Shown here: positions 10,387 to 20,526 of the stretch, piece after piece | How positions within the stretch are numbered: the first letter of the stretch is position 1 | Layout of the letters: every line of letters starts with the position of its first letter | Program-made: the position numbers and the translations under genes | Notes under the pieces: model-generated | Database searches by the model: none | The model's input: the letters and a program-made list of their open reading frames with translations, nothing else | Told to the model about the DNA's origin: nothing | NCBI GenBank assembly: GCA_963727825.1 | Contig: CAVSHO010000011.1 | Coordinates: forward strand, 352,001 to 416,000 | Source of the DNA: Ignavibacteriota bacterium | GTDB lineage: Bacteria > Bacteroidota > Ignavibacteria > UBA10030 | Reading direction: 5' to 3' | DNA length: 64,000 nt

Positions 10387-11691
10387 TCATTCCGTTGGTT
10401 GCAACTGTAAAAGCTGTTGAAGACGACGTTTGTTATTAGCAAAGTTCATAGCATTTTCCAAAGATATTTTCTTCTGCAAGTACAAGCGTTTAAGATCCTG
10501 TTCCATGCTTGTCATTCCAAGTTCTGTACCTTCAGAGATCATTTGGTAAATCTCGCTAATATTATTATTCTTGATGGCTGCACGAACCGAAGGAGTCCCG
10601 AGCATAATTTCCTTGGCAAGGACACGTCTTCCATCCAAGCTTGGTACAAGTTTTTGTGAAATAACACATCGGAGTAAGTCTGCCAAACGATTGCGAACCC
10701 GTTCCTGTTCAATTGGTGGTGTCTCACCAATTATCCGGTCAATACTCTCAACTGCTGCAGCCGTATGTAATGTCGAAAATACCTTATGACCTGAATCTGT
10801 AATTTCCAATGCTGTCAAAATTGTTTCAGGATCCCGTAATTCACCAAGCATAATAATATCTGGGTCTTGACGCAGCGCTTGCACCGCACCTTCTTTGAAT
10901 GAAAGCACATCTCTCCCCACCTCTCTATGTCTGATAATGCATTTATCTGACTTGTGAACATACTCGATGGGTGAAGCAATGATAACTATGTGCCCTTCTA
11001 TACTGTGATTGTTTGCATCAATGATGGCATCTAGTGTAGAACTTTTCCCCGAGCCAGTAATTCCAGTTATAAGGCAAAGCCCTTCCTTCGTGTGAGCCAA
11101 ACTTAATACCTTCGTAACATTAACATGCAATTCCAGCTCTTTATAAGGGCGGACAATATTGTTAATTGCACGCATATTTAATGCAAGCTGATCCAGATCA
11201 AAATATGCATCTGCACGAAATCTCCTAAAATCTAGATTATCCCCATATAACATATGAGAGAAATCAAGATTTCTATTCTCAAAAAGAAACGCTCTTTGAC
11301 GCTCTCCTATTACGCTTTGAATAAGGATATTAATTTCGTCCTGTGAATATTTTCCAAATGATGCATCCGGTTTTTTTGATCCATAGACTCGATACCAGAT
11401 ATATCCTTGTGAACCATATCCCCCCATATCAATATCGGATGCATGCAATGTGAACATACGTGAGAGGAAGTGATTGACTAAAGCCAGGAGTTTCATTTTA
11501 GTCGTCTCATCCGTACGTGTCATTACATCGCTAATCATCATTTGTCGCTCAAGTCCCGTAACCGATTTGGGCAGCTGAGATGCCATTTCTTTCAAAATTC
11601 TTATTGCATCAATAACAAATGGCGGTAATTCCGATGGTGAGGATACAGCAGGTGATTCTTTTGGAGAAGGCAATGGTGGTTGGGGCGTCAT
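10387..11691 (-). CDS. pilT: PilT/PilU-family retraction ATPase
   Basis: Walker A GITGSGKSST, HREVGRD, ALRQDPDIIMLGELRD, GHKVFSTLHT. Confidence 0.8.
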   Translation of the reverse strand: MTPQPPLPSPKESPAVSSPSELPPFVIDAIRILKEMASQLPKSVTGLERQMMISDVMTRTDETTKMKLLALVNHFLSRMFTLHASDIDMGGYGSQGYIWYRVYGSKKPDASFGKYSQDEINILIQSVIGERQRAFLFENRNLDFSHMLYGDNLDFRRFRADAYFDLDQLALNMRAINNIVRPYKELELHVNVTKVLSLAHTKEGLCLITGITGSGKSSTLDAIIDANNHSIEGHIVIIASPIEYVHKSDKCIIRHREVGRDVLSFKEGAVQALRQDPDIIMLGELRDPETILTALEITDSGHKVFSTLHTAAAVESIDRIIGETPPIEQERVRNRLADLLRCVISQKLVPSLDGRRVLAKEIMLGTPSVRAAIKNNNISEIYQMISEGTELGMTSMEQDLKRLYLQKKISLENAMNFANNKRRLQQLLQLQPTE

Positions 11692-11966
11692 TTAAATATT
11701 TTTATTGTTAAATAAGGAACATTCTTGTCAAAATATTTTAGATAAATTATATGCCCTTGTTCAACTAAATAATAAGAAACTCCAACTGAAAAAGCAATAG
11801 ATATAAAGGGTTTTTTTAAGTGAAAGCACCTTTCCCCTTGTGTAGAAATCACATACACGTTTTATGGGTTCAATAATTCCAAAAATTTTATGGTTTTCAA
11901 AATAAAAAGGATGTTTTATAATTTAGTACATTTACTCAGTTCCATATAATTAAATTTTCAAAAAGT

Positions 11967-13760
11967 TTAATCTTCTTCAGTAGTGGTTGCTACGATTTCT
12001 TCGAGTGTTGTAGATCCTTCCTTCATACGCTCCATACCAGACCGGCGCAATGTCCACATGCCATCTTTCGAAGCCTGTTCTCGAATAGCATTTTCATCTA
12101 CTTTTTCACCAGCATTAAGAATGATGTCCTTGATGGCTTTTGTAAAATACAGAGCTTCATGAATAGCAGCTCGACCTTTATAGCCACCGCTGCATTTTTC
12201 GCATCCCACAGCTTGATAGAACGTATGTGTGGCAACATCCTCTTCGGTAAAACCGAATTTTAACAAATCGTTTTTTTCGCTGATATCCATCGGTTGTTTA
12301 CATACTTTACAAAGAGTTCGGATCAAGCGTTGGGCAACGATGACATTGATTGCATACGCAAGCAAAAAGGGTTCAATACCCATTTTATAGAGACGGGCAA
12401 TCGCACTCGGCGCGTCATTTGTATGTAAGGTGGAAAATACTAAATGGCCTGTATTTGCCATCTTCACGGCAGTTTCCGCGGTAATTTTATCGCGCATTTC
12501 GCCTACCAGCACAATATCCGGATCGTGACGGAGGATGCCACGAATAGCTTCCTCAAATCCCATTTTGGGGCCAATTTTTAGCTGACGTGCACCTTTAATA
12601 ATATATTCAACCGGCTCTTCAATCGTCAGTACATTTACTGTAGGGTCAATAACCTGATATAATGCTGCAATCAGGGTAGTTGATTTACCAGAACCCGTAG
12701 GACCTGTGAGGATAATAATACCTTGAGGCTTATTTATTGCCTTGTAGAAAAAGCCACGTGCTGGTCCCTGTAAACCAAGCTTTTCGAGATCGGTGATTAC
12801 TTTTCGGTCATCTAAAATACGTATTACAATACTTTCAAATTTGTGTTTAAATTCCGTTGTCACAATCGGCATAATTGAGACACGAAATCGCATTTGATGT
12901 CCGTCGATGACACGTTGGATGAATCCATCTTGAGTCATTTCACGTTCGAATCTATCTACATTTTTTGTGCGATCCTTGACAACAGCAAGCACTGCCTCCG
13001 GCAATGTGTTTTCCTGAATATGCCAGACTCTGAGATCGCCATCGATTCGAAATAAAAAGTTAGTCCGATTCCCCTCTGCTGCAACGATATGTACGTCACT
13101 CACGTCTTTTCGAACTGCTTCAACCAAACAACCTTCAAACAAATTCACCAGAGCACTTTTGCTAATCTCTGCTTCGAGGGCCTGTTCATCTAGTTCCCCT
13201 TCTTCTCCGCCACCGCTTTCATCAACAGTAATTTTATTGTCATCGAGGAGTTTTAGGAATTCATTTTGTGCTGGCGCTACCTTATCCATCAACGATTGCA
13301 AGTCTTTCAAGCGTACATAGCAAATTTCATATTTCTTCACATTGAAACTGCGAGCTACAATTGGCAAATTGCGATCTGTGGGATCTGCAGCAATAATAAT
13401 GAGCTTGTCCGGTTGTCGCTCGTCAAACTTGAATGGCAGCATCTTTGATTGGATCATCATTTCCCGCTGCTGATCTGAAAGTTGTTCAATGTACTTCTTC
13501 ACAAAAGCGATTCGTGCTTCTTCAACTTTTTCATCATTGAGAAATATTTCACGAAACGCATAGAGGTTCGCTACTTCGCGAAAGACAGCATCATGGTCTG
13601 CACCAAATTCTGTTACAAGAATCTGCCCCAGATTCTTTCGATTTTTCTTGTTATCCTCGGAATCCTTCATCTTGAGCGATTTCTCAAGCGTCTCAAAATC
13701 TATGATACCTTTCTTAAGCAGCGTATATCCGATTTTATCAGTTATATCTATTTCAGGCAT
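11967..13760 (-). CDS. pilB: PilB/GspE assembly ATPase
   Basis: GPTGSGKSTT, LRHDPDIVLVGEMRD, TGHLVFSTLHTND, CxxC..CxxC zinc motif, TTLEEI tail. Confidence 0.9.
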   Translation of the reverse strand: MPEIDITDKIGYTLLKKGIIDFETLEKSLKMKDSEDNKKNRKNLGQILVTEFGADHDAVFREVANLYAFREIFLNDEKVEEARIAFVKKYIEQLSDQQREMMIQSKMLPFKFDERQPDKLIIIAADPTDRNLPIVARSFNVKKYEICYVRLKDLQSLMDKVAPAQNEFLKLLDDNKITVDESGGGEEGELDEQALEAEISKSALVNLFEGCLVEAVRKDVSDVHIVAAEGNRTNFLFRIDGDLRVWHIQENTLPEAVLAVVKDRTKNVDRFEREMTQDGFIQRVIDGHQMRFRVSIMPIVTTEFKHKFESIVIRILDDRKVITDLEKLGLQGPARGFFYKAINKPQGIIILTGPTGSGKSTTLIAALYQVIDPTVNVLTIEEPVEYIIKGARQLKIGPKMGFEEAIRGILRHDPDIVLVGEMRDKITAETAVKMANTGHLVFSTLHTNDAPSAIARLYKMGIEPFLLAYAINVIVAQRLIRTLCKVCKQPMDISEKNDLLKFGFTEEDVATHTFYQAVGCEKCSGGYKGRAAIHEALYFTKAIKDIILNAGEKVDENAIREQASKDGMWTLRRSGMERMKEGSTTLEEIVATTTEED

Positions 13761-13795
13761 GGTTCCGTTCCTCTATATAAATAACTTCCTTATAT

Positions 13796-15172
13796 TCATG
13801 GAAGTAAAAAACGCAATGGTAAGAGCATATGCGATCCTGGAGTTTCTGGCTTTACTAACGCTGTTTCCGAAGAAACAAGGGTTAACGCTGTCAGTACTAT
13901 CATCATAATCATCGATACAGCTAATTGAATAGCTTCAATTGCATTCTTCATCCTATAAGATGTTTCTTTTTCATAATATTCCGCTAATTGAAGAGCTGTC
14001 GCTTTCACAGTTCCTGTTTCTGCCCCTGATGCGAACCTAGAAATAGCCGTTTTAGTGAATACGCCGGTTGCTTCAAATGCTTCTGTCAAACCTTTTCCAC
14101 GTTCGAGCATCATAGGAATGGCGATCGTTTTAATCTGTTGTTCCATATATCTATTGCCACATGCCTCTGCTGCCATTCGGATAATTTCAATATTTTCACC
14201 TGATCCGCTATATAGCGCATAAAACACTCGACAAAATATTTCGATTGCAGTTTTATGAAACATAGGACCTAAAACTGGAATTCTGATCATATACTTATCC
14301 ATTAAAAATTTTCCTCTTTCTGTGCTCATGAAGCGCCCAAAAACGACACTTGGCACACCGAATAGAATTACAAGAACGATTGCATGTTCAGTCATCCAAT
14401 CGCTCGCTTTCAATGTCGCTGCTGTCATTGGAGGAAGCTTGATGTGAAATTTAACAAACATTTCTGCTGTCTTAGGGAAAATATAATAAACATAAAATAA
14501 GCAGGCTAGGAACAACACAAATAGAGTGATCAAGGGAGTAATAAGAGCACTTCGAAGATTTTTTTTAAATTCCATATTGCGTTCCATAAATTTTGCGGCG
14601 CTTTCATAAATCTCTGCCATATTCCCGCTCTTCGAAGCAAGACCAAGCATTTGCGCTGTGAATTTACCAATCACCGGCGCTTGTTTCATAAACACTTTTT
14701 CACTGTCTTTACCTTGCTTTAGTTCTGTATTGATTTCTTTAATCGCATCGCGTAATCCTGCATTGGGAATGTCATTGATTAACAATTGCATCACTTCATT
14801 AAATGGAAGTTTTTGTCTCATTAAGTCTGTACTTACTCTTACAAAAGAGATAACATCAACCCCTGGAGCGGCATGTTGTTTGTTCCCAAATAATTTCTTT
14901 CGAACATAAAGAACATTAAATCCCATTTTTTCCAGCGCTACTCGAACTTCGTCAGAAGTAAACGCTTTCTGTTCGCCGTCGATCGGTTTGTCAGTTCCTT
15001 TTCTCACTCGATAGATGAATGTCACACGTTCGTGAATGCCTGTCACTTTAAACTTTTTTTCACGCGAAAGTTCTGCTGCTTTACTTTTGGCAATACCTTT
15101 ATTGTCAGCTGTGATAGAACCGGAAACCACTTTTCCAGCAAGCGATACACCATCAACACGATATTCAGGCAT
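13796..15172 (-). CDS. pilC: PilC/GspF inner-membrane platform protein
   Basis: Two T2SSF domains, three TM segments, GAETG motif; adjacent to pilB. Confidence 0.85.
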   Translation of the reverse strand: MPEYRVDGVSLAGKVVSGSITADNKGIAKSKAAELSREKKFKVTGIHERVTFIYRVRKGTDKPIDGEQKAFTSDEVRVALEKMGFNVLYVRKKLFGNKQHAAPGVDVISFVRVSTDLMRQKLPFNEVMQLLINDIPNAGLRDAIKEINTELKQGKDSEKVFMKQAPVIGKFTAQMLGLASKSGNMAEIYESAAKFMERNMEFKKNLRSALITPLITLFVLFLACLFYVYYIFPKTAEMFVKFHIKLPPMTAATLKASDWMTEHAIVLVILFGVPSVVFGRFMSTERGKFLMDKYMIRIPVLGPMFHKTAIEIFCRVFYALYSGSGENIEIIRMAAEACGNRYMEQQIKTIAIPMMLERGKGLTEAFEATGVFTKTAISRFASGAETGTVKATALQLAEYYEKETSYRMKNAIEAIQLAVSMIMMIVLTALTLVSSETALVKPETPGSHMLLPLRFLLP

Positions 15173-15332
15173 AAGCTATTTCTCTAAATGTGATTGTTGG
15201 TTATTCAAATTACATGTATACGATAATACACTTTTTCGCTCTTTGTGTCAAGAACTGATGACCCGACCCGCCGCAATTAAAACGAAACTCTGCTGAAACG
15301 AGATTTTAATATTGAATTAGATAAATATGCCT

Positions 15333-16538
15333 CTATTTAAGTTTAAATGAACCAATAAATGCTAATGGGAACGCAGCATACCAGGCAGATGCTTTGACAA
15401 GATGGTCCACTGGAATGTGTTCTGTTGCCATATGTGCATAAATTTCATTGCCAGGACCGAAGCCTATGCACGGAATTCCATATTGACCCATCACTGCTAC
15501 ACCATTCGTACTGAACACCCAACGACTAACTTTCGGTTTCTCATTAAACAATCCTTCATAAGATTTAATACCGTACGTCAAGATTGGATGGTTCTCCGGT
15601 AATAGCCATGTTGGATAGTATTTCTTCGTAGGATATGTTAATCCGCGCCAGCTTGGAACTGTATAGTCCAGTACTACAACTTCGGCTTCTGCTTTCTTCA
15701 CACTTGGCAATTCTTGAATCTCGCGTACCGCTGACTCCATTGTGTCAGTTGCAGCAAGCCGCCTATCTAAATGAATTGTTGACGAATCTGCCACAGCACA
15801 AAGCGAGGGCGATGTGGAACGAATTTCCGCGATTGTTACAGTCCCTTTGCCAAGAAATGGTTCACCGCTTAATCGTTCATTCAACTTTTCGATATCTTCA
15901 ACAATCGGCGCCATTTTGTACACCGCATTCACACCACGCTCGGGTGCAGAGCCGTGGCATGAAATTCCTTTTGTGTGTACTTCAATTTCCATACGACCGC
16001 GATGGCCACGATAGATAGCAAGATTCGTCGGCTCGGCAATAACAACAACTTCAGGTCGTAACTTATCTTCTTTAATGATGTACTGCCAACAGAGCCCATC
16101 GCAATCTTCTTCTTGCACGCTGCCGACAATATAAAGCGTATAGTCATCTTCCAATCCAAGTTCTTTAATAATCTTTCCGCCATAAATAATCGATGCAAGC
16201 GCACCTTTCATATCGCATGCGCCTCTTCCATAGATGATACCATCCTTCTCAGTTCCTTTGAATGGATCGATTGTCCAGTTTGCCGGATTGCCGACATCGA
16301 CCGTATCTACATGCGCATCCAATGCGATTAGATGTTTTCCATGTCCGATGCGTCCAAGAATATTGCCCATCGGGTCAATTGTGATTTCATCATATTCGCA
16401 TTTTTCCATTTCTTGTTTTATACGATAGATGACTTGTTCTTCTTGTGAACTCAACGATTTTATCGCAATCAATTCTCGCAGGAATTGTGCTACCTGACGT
16501 TCGTTCTTTTGTGCGGTTTTCAGGATTTCTTTGAACAT
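15333..16538 (-). CDS. ygeY: YgeY-family M20 amidohydrolase
   Basis: DAHVDTV, GRGACDMKG, VQEEDCDGLCWQ, YRGHRGRMEI, SPSLCAVAD, FSTNGV. Confidence 0.9.
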   Translation of the reverse strand: MFKEILKTAQKNERQVAQFLRELIAIKSLSSQEEQVIYRIKQEMEKCEYDEITIDPMGNILGRIGHGKHLIALDAHVDTVDVGNPANWTIDPFKGTEKDGIIYGRGACDMKGALASIIYGGKIIKELGLEDDYTLYIVGSVQEEDCDGLCWQYIIKEDKLRPEVVVIAEPTNLAIYRGHRGRMEIEVHTKGISCHGSAPERGVNAVYKMAPIVEDIEKLNERLSGEPFLGKGTVTIAEIRSTSPSLCAVADSSTIHLDRRLAATDTMESAVREIQELPSVKKAEAEVVVLDYTVPSWRGLTYPTKKYYPTWLLPENHPILTYGIKSYEGLFNEKPKVSRWVFSTNGVAVMGQYGIPCIGFGPGNEIYAHMATEHIPVDHLVKASAWYAAFPLAFIGSFKLK

Positions 16539-16553
16539 AACTTCCTCTTAGGC

Positions 16554-16610
16554 AACCTTGTCAAAGTTTAGTATGCCCGCCGTCTTAGTGGCGGGAACTT
16601 TGACAAGGTT
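16554..16610. repeat. REP-like palindrome (AACCTTGTCAAAG family) with a nested CCCGCC..GGCGGG mini-hairpin
   Basis: Perfect 15-bp arms AACCTTGTCAAAGTT / AACTTTGACAAGGTT enclosing CCCGCC-gtcttagt-GGCGGG (16576-16595). Confidence 0.85.
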
Positions 16611-16612
16611 AA

Positions 16613-18065
16613 TTACTTTGCCAATTCATTAAACTCTGTGATCAACTTATCGAAATATCCGACTTCGTCTTCAAACAGACTTCGCCAATATTCCGGCTCC
16701 CATTGCTGTCGGAGTTCATCGGACAATTTCCCCTGCTGTTCAACCCAAGTAAAATACTTTAAATTATGTATTGCCTTGCGCTCATAATAAGTCAGCTCTT
16801 TATAATAATCGATGCTCTGGTGCATTAATGGTCCAGCGTGATCCTTTGCTGCTTCGATTTGTGAATACATACCGCGTTCACGTTTCAATTCCTCCACTCG
16901 AGATCGATACATATCTGCAGAATCAGTGAAAATAGTCAGTAAAACATCCGATGCGCCATATTCAAAATACTTTGCTGTTTTAATTGCAGAGAGCATGTTT
17001 GATATGCTGGAAATTCCCAGAAGTTTCAAACTTTCAACTTGTGCATCCGTCACGCCAAGCGACTTCAGATATTTCTGTCCTTCCGATTCATTGAATAATC
17101 GCAGGACGCGCATGCAATCTTCATCGTCCACCGCAGAAACGGTATCTGTATTCCGGACATTATGAACCCACGGTACGTGTTTGTCACCAATACCTTCAAT
17201 GCGATGCTCGCCAAAGCCATTCATTAGTAATGTCGGACACTGCAATGCTTCACTTGCGACTATCTTCAAATGTGGATGATAGTTTCTTCAGATAATCACC
17301 AGCCGCAATTGTTCCGGCAGAACCTGTTGCCGAAATATACGCCGCTGCATTTCCATTCTTCATACCGAGTGCAAGAAACATTTCTTCCAATGCCGGTCCA
17401 GTTACATTGTAATGCCAAATCGGATTTCCAAATTCTTCAAATTGATTGAAGATGATGTTGAGCGAATCCTTTTTCAATTCCCAGCATTTATCGTAAATTT
17501 CCTTCACGTTGGATTCGGTGCCGGGCGTCGTAATGACTTCCGCACCGATTTCTTTTAGCCACACAAAACGTTCTTTCGACATCCCTTCGGGAAGAATCGC
17601 AACTGCCGTACAATCCAACAGGGCACAATCGAATGCGCCCCCGCGGCAATAATTTCCCGTCGATGGCCACACTGCTTTATGCTTATCGGGGTTAAACTCG
17701 CCGCTCACAAGGCGCGGAACCAAACATCCAAATGCTGCGCCGACTTTGTGCGCGCCCGTCGGAAAATATTTTCCAATAAGGCCGACAATATGTGTATCCA
17801 CACCGCTGATGGCTTGGGGAATTTCAAAATAATTTACATCGCCAAAACTGCCCGTCTTCAAATCGTTCTTCCATGTGATGCGAAATAAGTTGAGCGGATT
17901 AACATCCCACAAACCGATTGCCGGAAGCTGTTTCTTTATAGCATCAGGGATAAGTTTTGGATCCCGCATTTGCGCAAAGGTCGGAATAGTGATACCATAC
18001 TTTTTGCATCGCGCGGCGGTTTTCTTTACAACCTCATGATTAATATGCTTAATGATTTTCGACAT
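16613..18065 (-). CDS. PLP-dependent fold-type II enzyme, split by a +1 frameshift near 17280 (probable sequencing error)
   Basis: FPTGAHKVG (PLP Lys), STGNY, TGSAGT, HRIEGIG. Removing one base joins YLKKL to HPHLKIVASEALQ. Confidence 0.8.
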
Positions 18066-18076
18066 ATTTTACTCCT

Positions 18077-19267
18077 TCACACCGATCGTCTTTGATTTCG
18101 GTTAACAATCGCTTGCAGTTTTTCTGAGGGATTTTGGATGCGCATCAAGAACATAATCGCTGCAATAACGAACGGTTTGTAACTCGCTTCTGCGTACGTG
18201 GCAAGACGGTTTTTTTCAAATACACTCTTGGAAACTTCACCTTCTGCACAGCTCACATCAGAAATATCTGCCGGCAGGCAATGCATATACAATGCTTCGC
18301 CGTTCTTCGTCAGTTTCATTTTCTGTTCATCACATTCCCAGTTCTTAAACTTCGCATTATTCGCAAGACATTCTTTTTCTAATTCTTTCAATCCGGGTTT
18401 ATCATTATTATTCAGCAACATCGTACGCCGCCGCATTACATGATATGGCGCCCATGATTTCGGATACACAACGTCGGCATTCTTAAACGCTTCGTCCATA
18501 CTATTTACCACTTCAAACGTACCACCGTGCTGCACCGACTGCTTTTTCGCCAATTCAATAACTTCGGGAATTAATTCATATCCTTCAGGATACGCAAGAG
18601 AGACATTCATTCCGAAACGTGACATCAGTCCTACAATGCCCTGTGGAACAGAGAGCGGTTTGCCGTAACTCGGCGAATATGCCCACGCCATTGCAATTTT
18701 TTTACCACGAAGATTTTCCAACGAACCAAACGTGTTCTTCAACTGCATAAGATCAGCAAGCGTTTGCGTTGGATGATCGATATCGCATTGCAAGTTGACA
18801 ATGTTCGGGCGTTGATGCAATATTCCCTGTTCATATCCTTCCTGTACAGCAGCTCCAAATTCCCGCATATATTTATTACCCTCGCCGAGAAACATATCGT
18901 CACGAATACCGATAATTTCTGCAAGAAACGAGATCATAATTGCTGTTTCACGAACAGTTTCTCCGTGGGTAATCTGCGATTTTTCTTCATCAAGCTCACA
19001 AAGTCCAAATCCCAGCGCATTTGCCGCAGATGCAAAACTGAACCGCGTGCGCGTAGAATTATCGCGGAAGATAGAAATCGCAAGTCCTGTATCGAATGAG
19101 CGGAATGAGATTCCCGCTTTGTGCAGCTCGTTCATCAATTTCGCTACTATGAGCACGACTTTGATTTCATCATAGGTTCGCTCCCATGTTAACAGAAAGT
19201 CTCGGTTATGCATATCCGTTTGCATGTGTTTTAGGAGTTCGAGATTATTTTGAATGACATTCGACAT
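18077..19267 (-). CDS. ygeW: YgeW knotted carbamoyltransferase
   Basis: FRDNSTRTRFS, LQCDIDHPTQ, WAYSPSYGKPLSVPQG, VYPKSW, YMHCLPADI. Confidence 0.92.
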   Translation of the reverse strand: MSNVIQNNLELLKHMQTDMHNRDFLLTWERTYDEIKVVLIVAKLMNELHKAGISFRSFDTGLAISIFRDNSTRTRFSFASAANALGFGLCELDEEKSQITHGETVRETAIMISFLAEIIGIRDDMFLGEGNKYMREFGAAVQEGYEQGILHQRPNIVNLQCDIDHPTQTLADLMQLKNTFGSLENLRGKKIAMAWAYSPSYGKPLSVPQGIVGLMSRFGMNVSLAYPEGYELIPEVIELAKKQSVQHGGTFEVVNSMDEAFKNADVVYPKSWAPYHVMRRRTMLLNNNDKPGLKELEKECLANNAKFKNWECDEQKMKLTKNGEALYMHCLPADISDVSCAEGEVSKSVFEKNRLATYAEASYKPFVIAAIMFLMRIQNPSEKLQAIVNRNQRRSV

Positions 19268-19291
19268 CTTTATTTCTCCATCAATCTTAGT

Positions 19292-20524
19292 TTATTTCCA
19301 CTCCACTATATCGATGCAGCCATCTACCGGACAAACAAATTTACACAGTCCGCACCCAACGCATCGCTCCCAATCAATATGTGCAATGCGATTTTTTCGA
19401 CGGTCAATTGCCATATGGCCGCCGTCTCGGCAAGCGACAAAACAAAGGTCGCAACCAATACACAAATTTTCGTGAATGTGATTGCGCATACGTTTTCTTG
19501 GCAGTTCATCATGCGATACAATATTCGGCAGTGCCTTTCCAACAATTTCTTTTGGTGATGAAAATTTCATCTCATCGAGATAATGCGACAATCCGCTTTT
19601 CAAATCATCAATGACACGGAAGCCGTAATGCATTACCACCGTGCAAAATTCCACCACACTGGCACCAACCGACATAAATTCAACAGCATCACTCCAGGTG
19701 CTTGCGCCGCCTGTCCCCATAATCGGAATATCAACATTGCGCGCTATCTCGGCTATCGTACGAAGCGTGATCGGTTTTATAGCGGGGCCTGTCATACCAC
19801 TATATGTAGACTTGCCACCGAGATTTGGATTGGGAGTAAATGTCTTTATATCAATTCCCATCAATGCTTGAATAGAGTTCGATGCAGTCAACGCATCACA
19901 TCCGCTTCGTTTCACTGCTCTTGCAACTTCAACAATATCTGTTACATGAGGAGTTATTTTGATCGAAATCGGAACTCGCTTCGATGCTTCTTTCACCCAA
20001 CGCGCAGTCAATTCTGTTGCGCTCAAACTTTGCGCCAGCATCTTGCCCGGATCTTCGCCAATATTTCCCTGTGGGCATGAAAAACTGCATTCAATCAAAT
20101 CGACACCGGCATTCTCCAACCTTTCAACGAGACGCTGCCAATCTTCTTTTCTTCCCGCCATAATACTTGCGGCAACCATTTTTTCCGGAAATTCTTTCTT
20201 CAGCATTCGAACATTGTATTCCACTTTGTCGATATGATGTTCGGAGATAAGATCGATATTCCCCATTCCAAACAACTTTCGTCCTTCATAGTCAAATGCG
20301 GACATCATAGGGTAGCAAAGATCAACTTTAGTTCCTTCCACTGATGTTGTCTTGAGAATTGCTCCTGCCCATCCCATCTGAAATCCACGTCGCACCATAT
20401 CCAGATCATCTGTCGAGGGAGCAGCGGCAAGAATAAATGGATTCCCAAAATGGATTTCGAGAAAATCGTACGAAAGATCACGCACTGGATAAATTTCTAT
20501 TTCCTTAAACCTTTTATATTCCAT
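19292..20524 (-). CDS. preA: PreA-like dihydropyrimidine dehydrogenase subunit (FMN barrel plus 2x[4Fe-4S])
   Basis: GWAGAILKT, NIDLISE, SCP, TGPAIKPI, two CxxCxxCxxxC motifs. Confidence 0.8.
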   Translation of the reverse strand: MEYKRFKEIEIYPVRDLSYDFLEIHFGNPFILAAAPSTDDLDMVRRGFQMGWAGAILKTTSVEGTKVDLCYPMMSAFDYEGRKLFGMGNIDLISEHHIDKVEYNVRMLKKEFPEKMVAASIMAGRKEDWQRLVERLENAGVDLIECSFSCPQGNIGEDPGKMLAQSLSATELTARWVKEASKRVPISIKITPHVTDIVEVARAVKRSGCDALTASNSIQALMGIDIKTFTPNPNLGGKSTYSGMTGPAIKPITLRTIAEIARNVDIPIMGTGGASTWSDAVEFMSVGASVVEFCTVVMHYGFRVIDDLKSGLSHYLDEMKFSSPKEIVGKALPNIVSHDELPRKRMRNHIHENLCIGCDLCFVACRDGGHMAIDRRKNRIAHIDWERCVGCGLCKFVCPVDGCIDIVEWK

Positions 20525-20526
20525 GA

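Noticed and set aside
11692-11966. CRP/FNR-like site TGTGT-AGAAA-TCACA in the pilB-pilT spacer
   Set aside because: Spacer is 5 nt rather than 6 and there is only one instance in AT-rich DNA; not supportable
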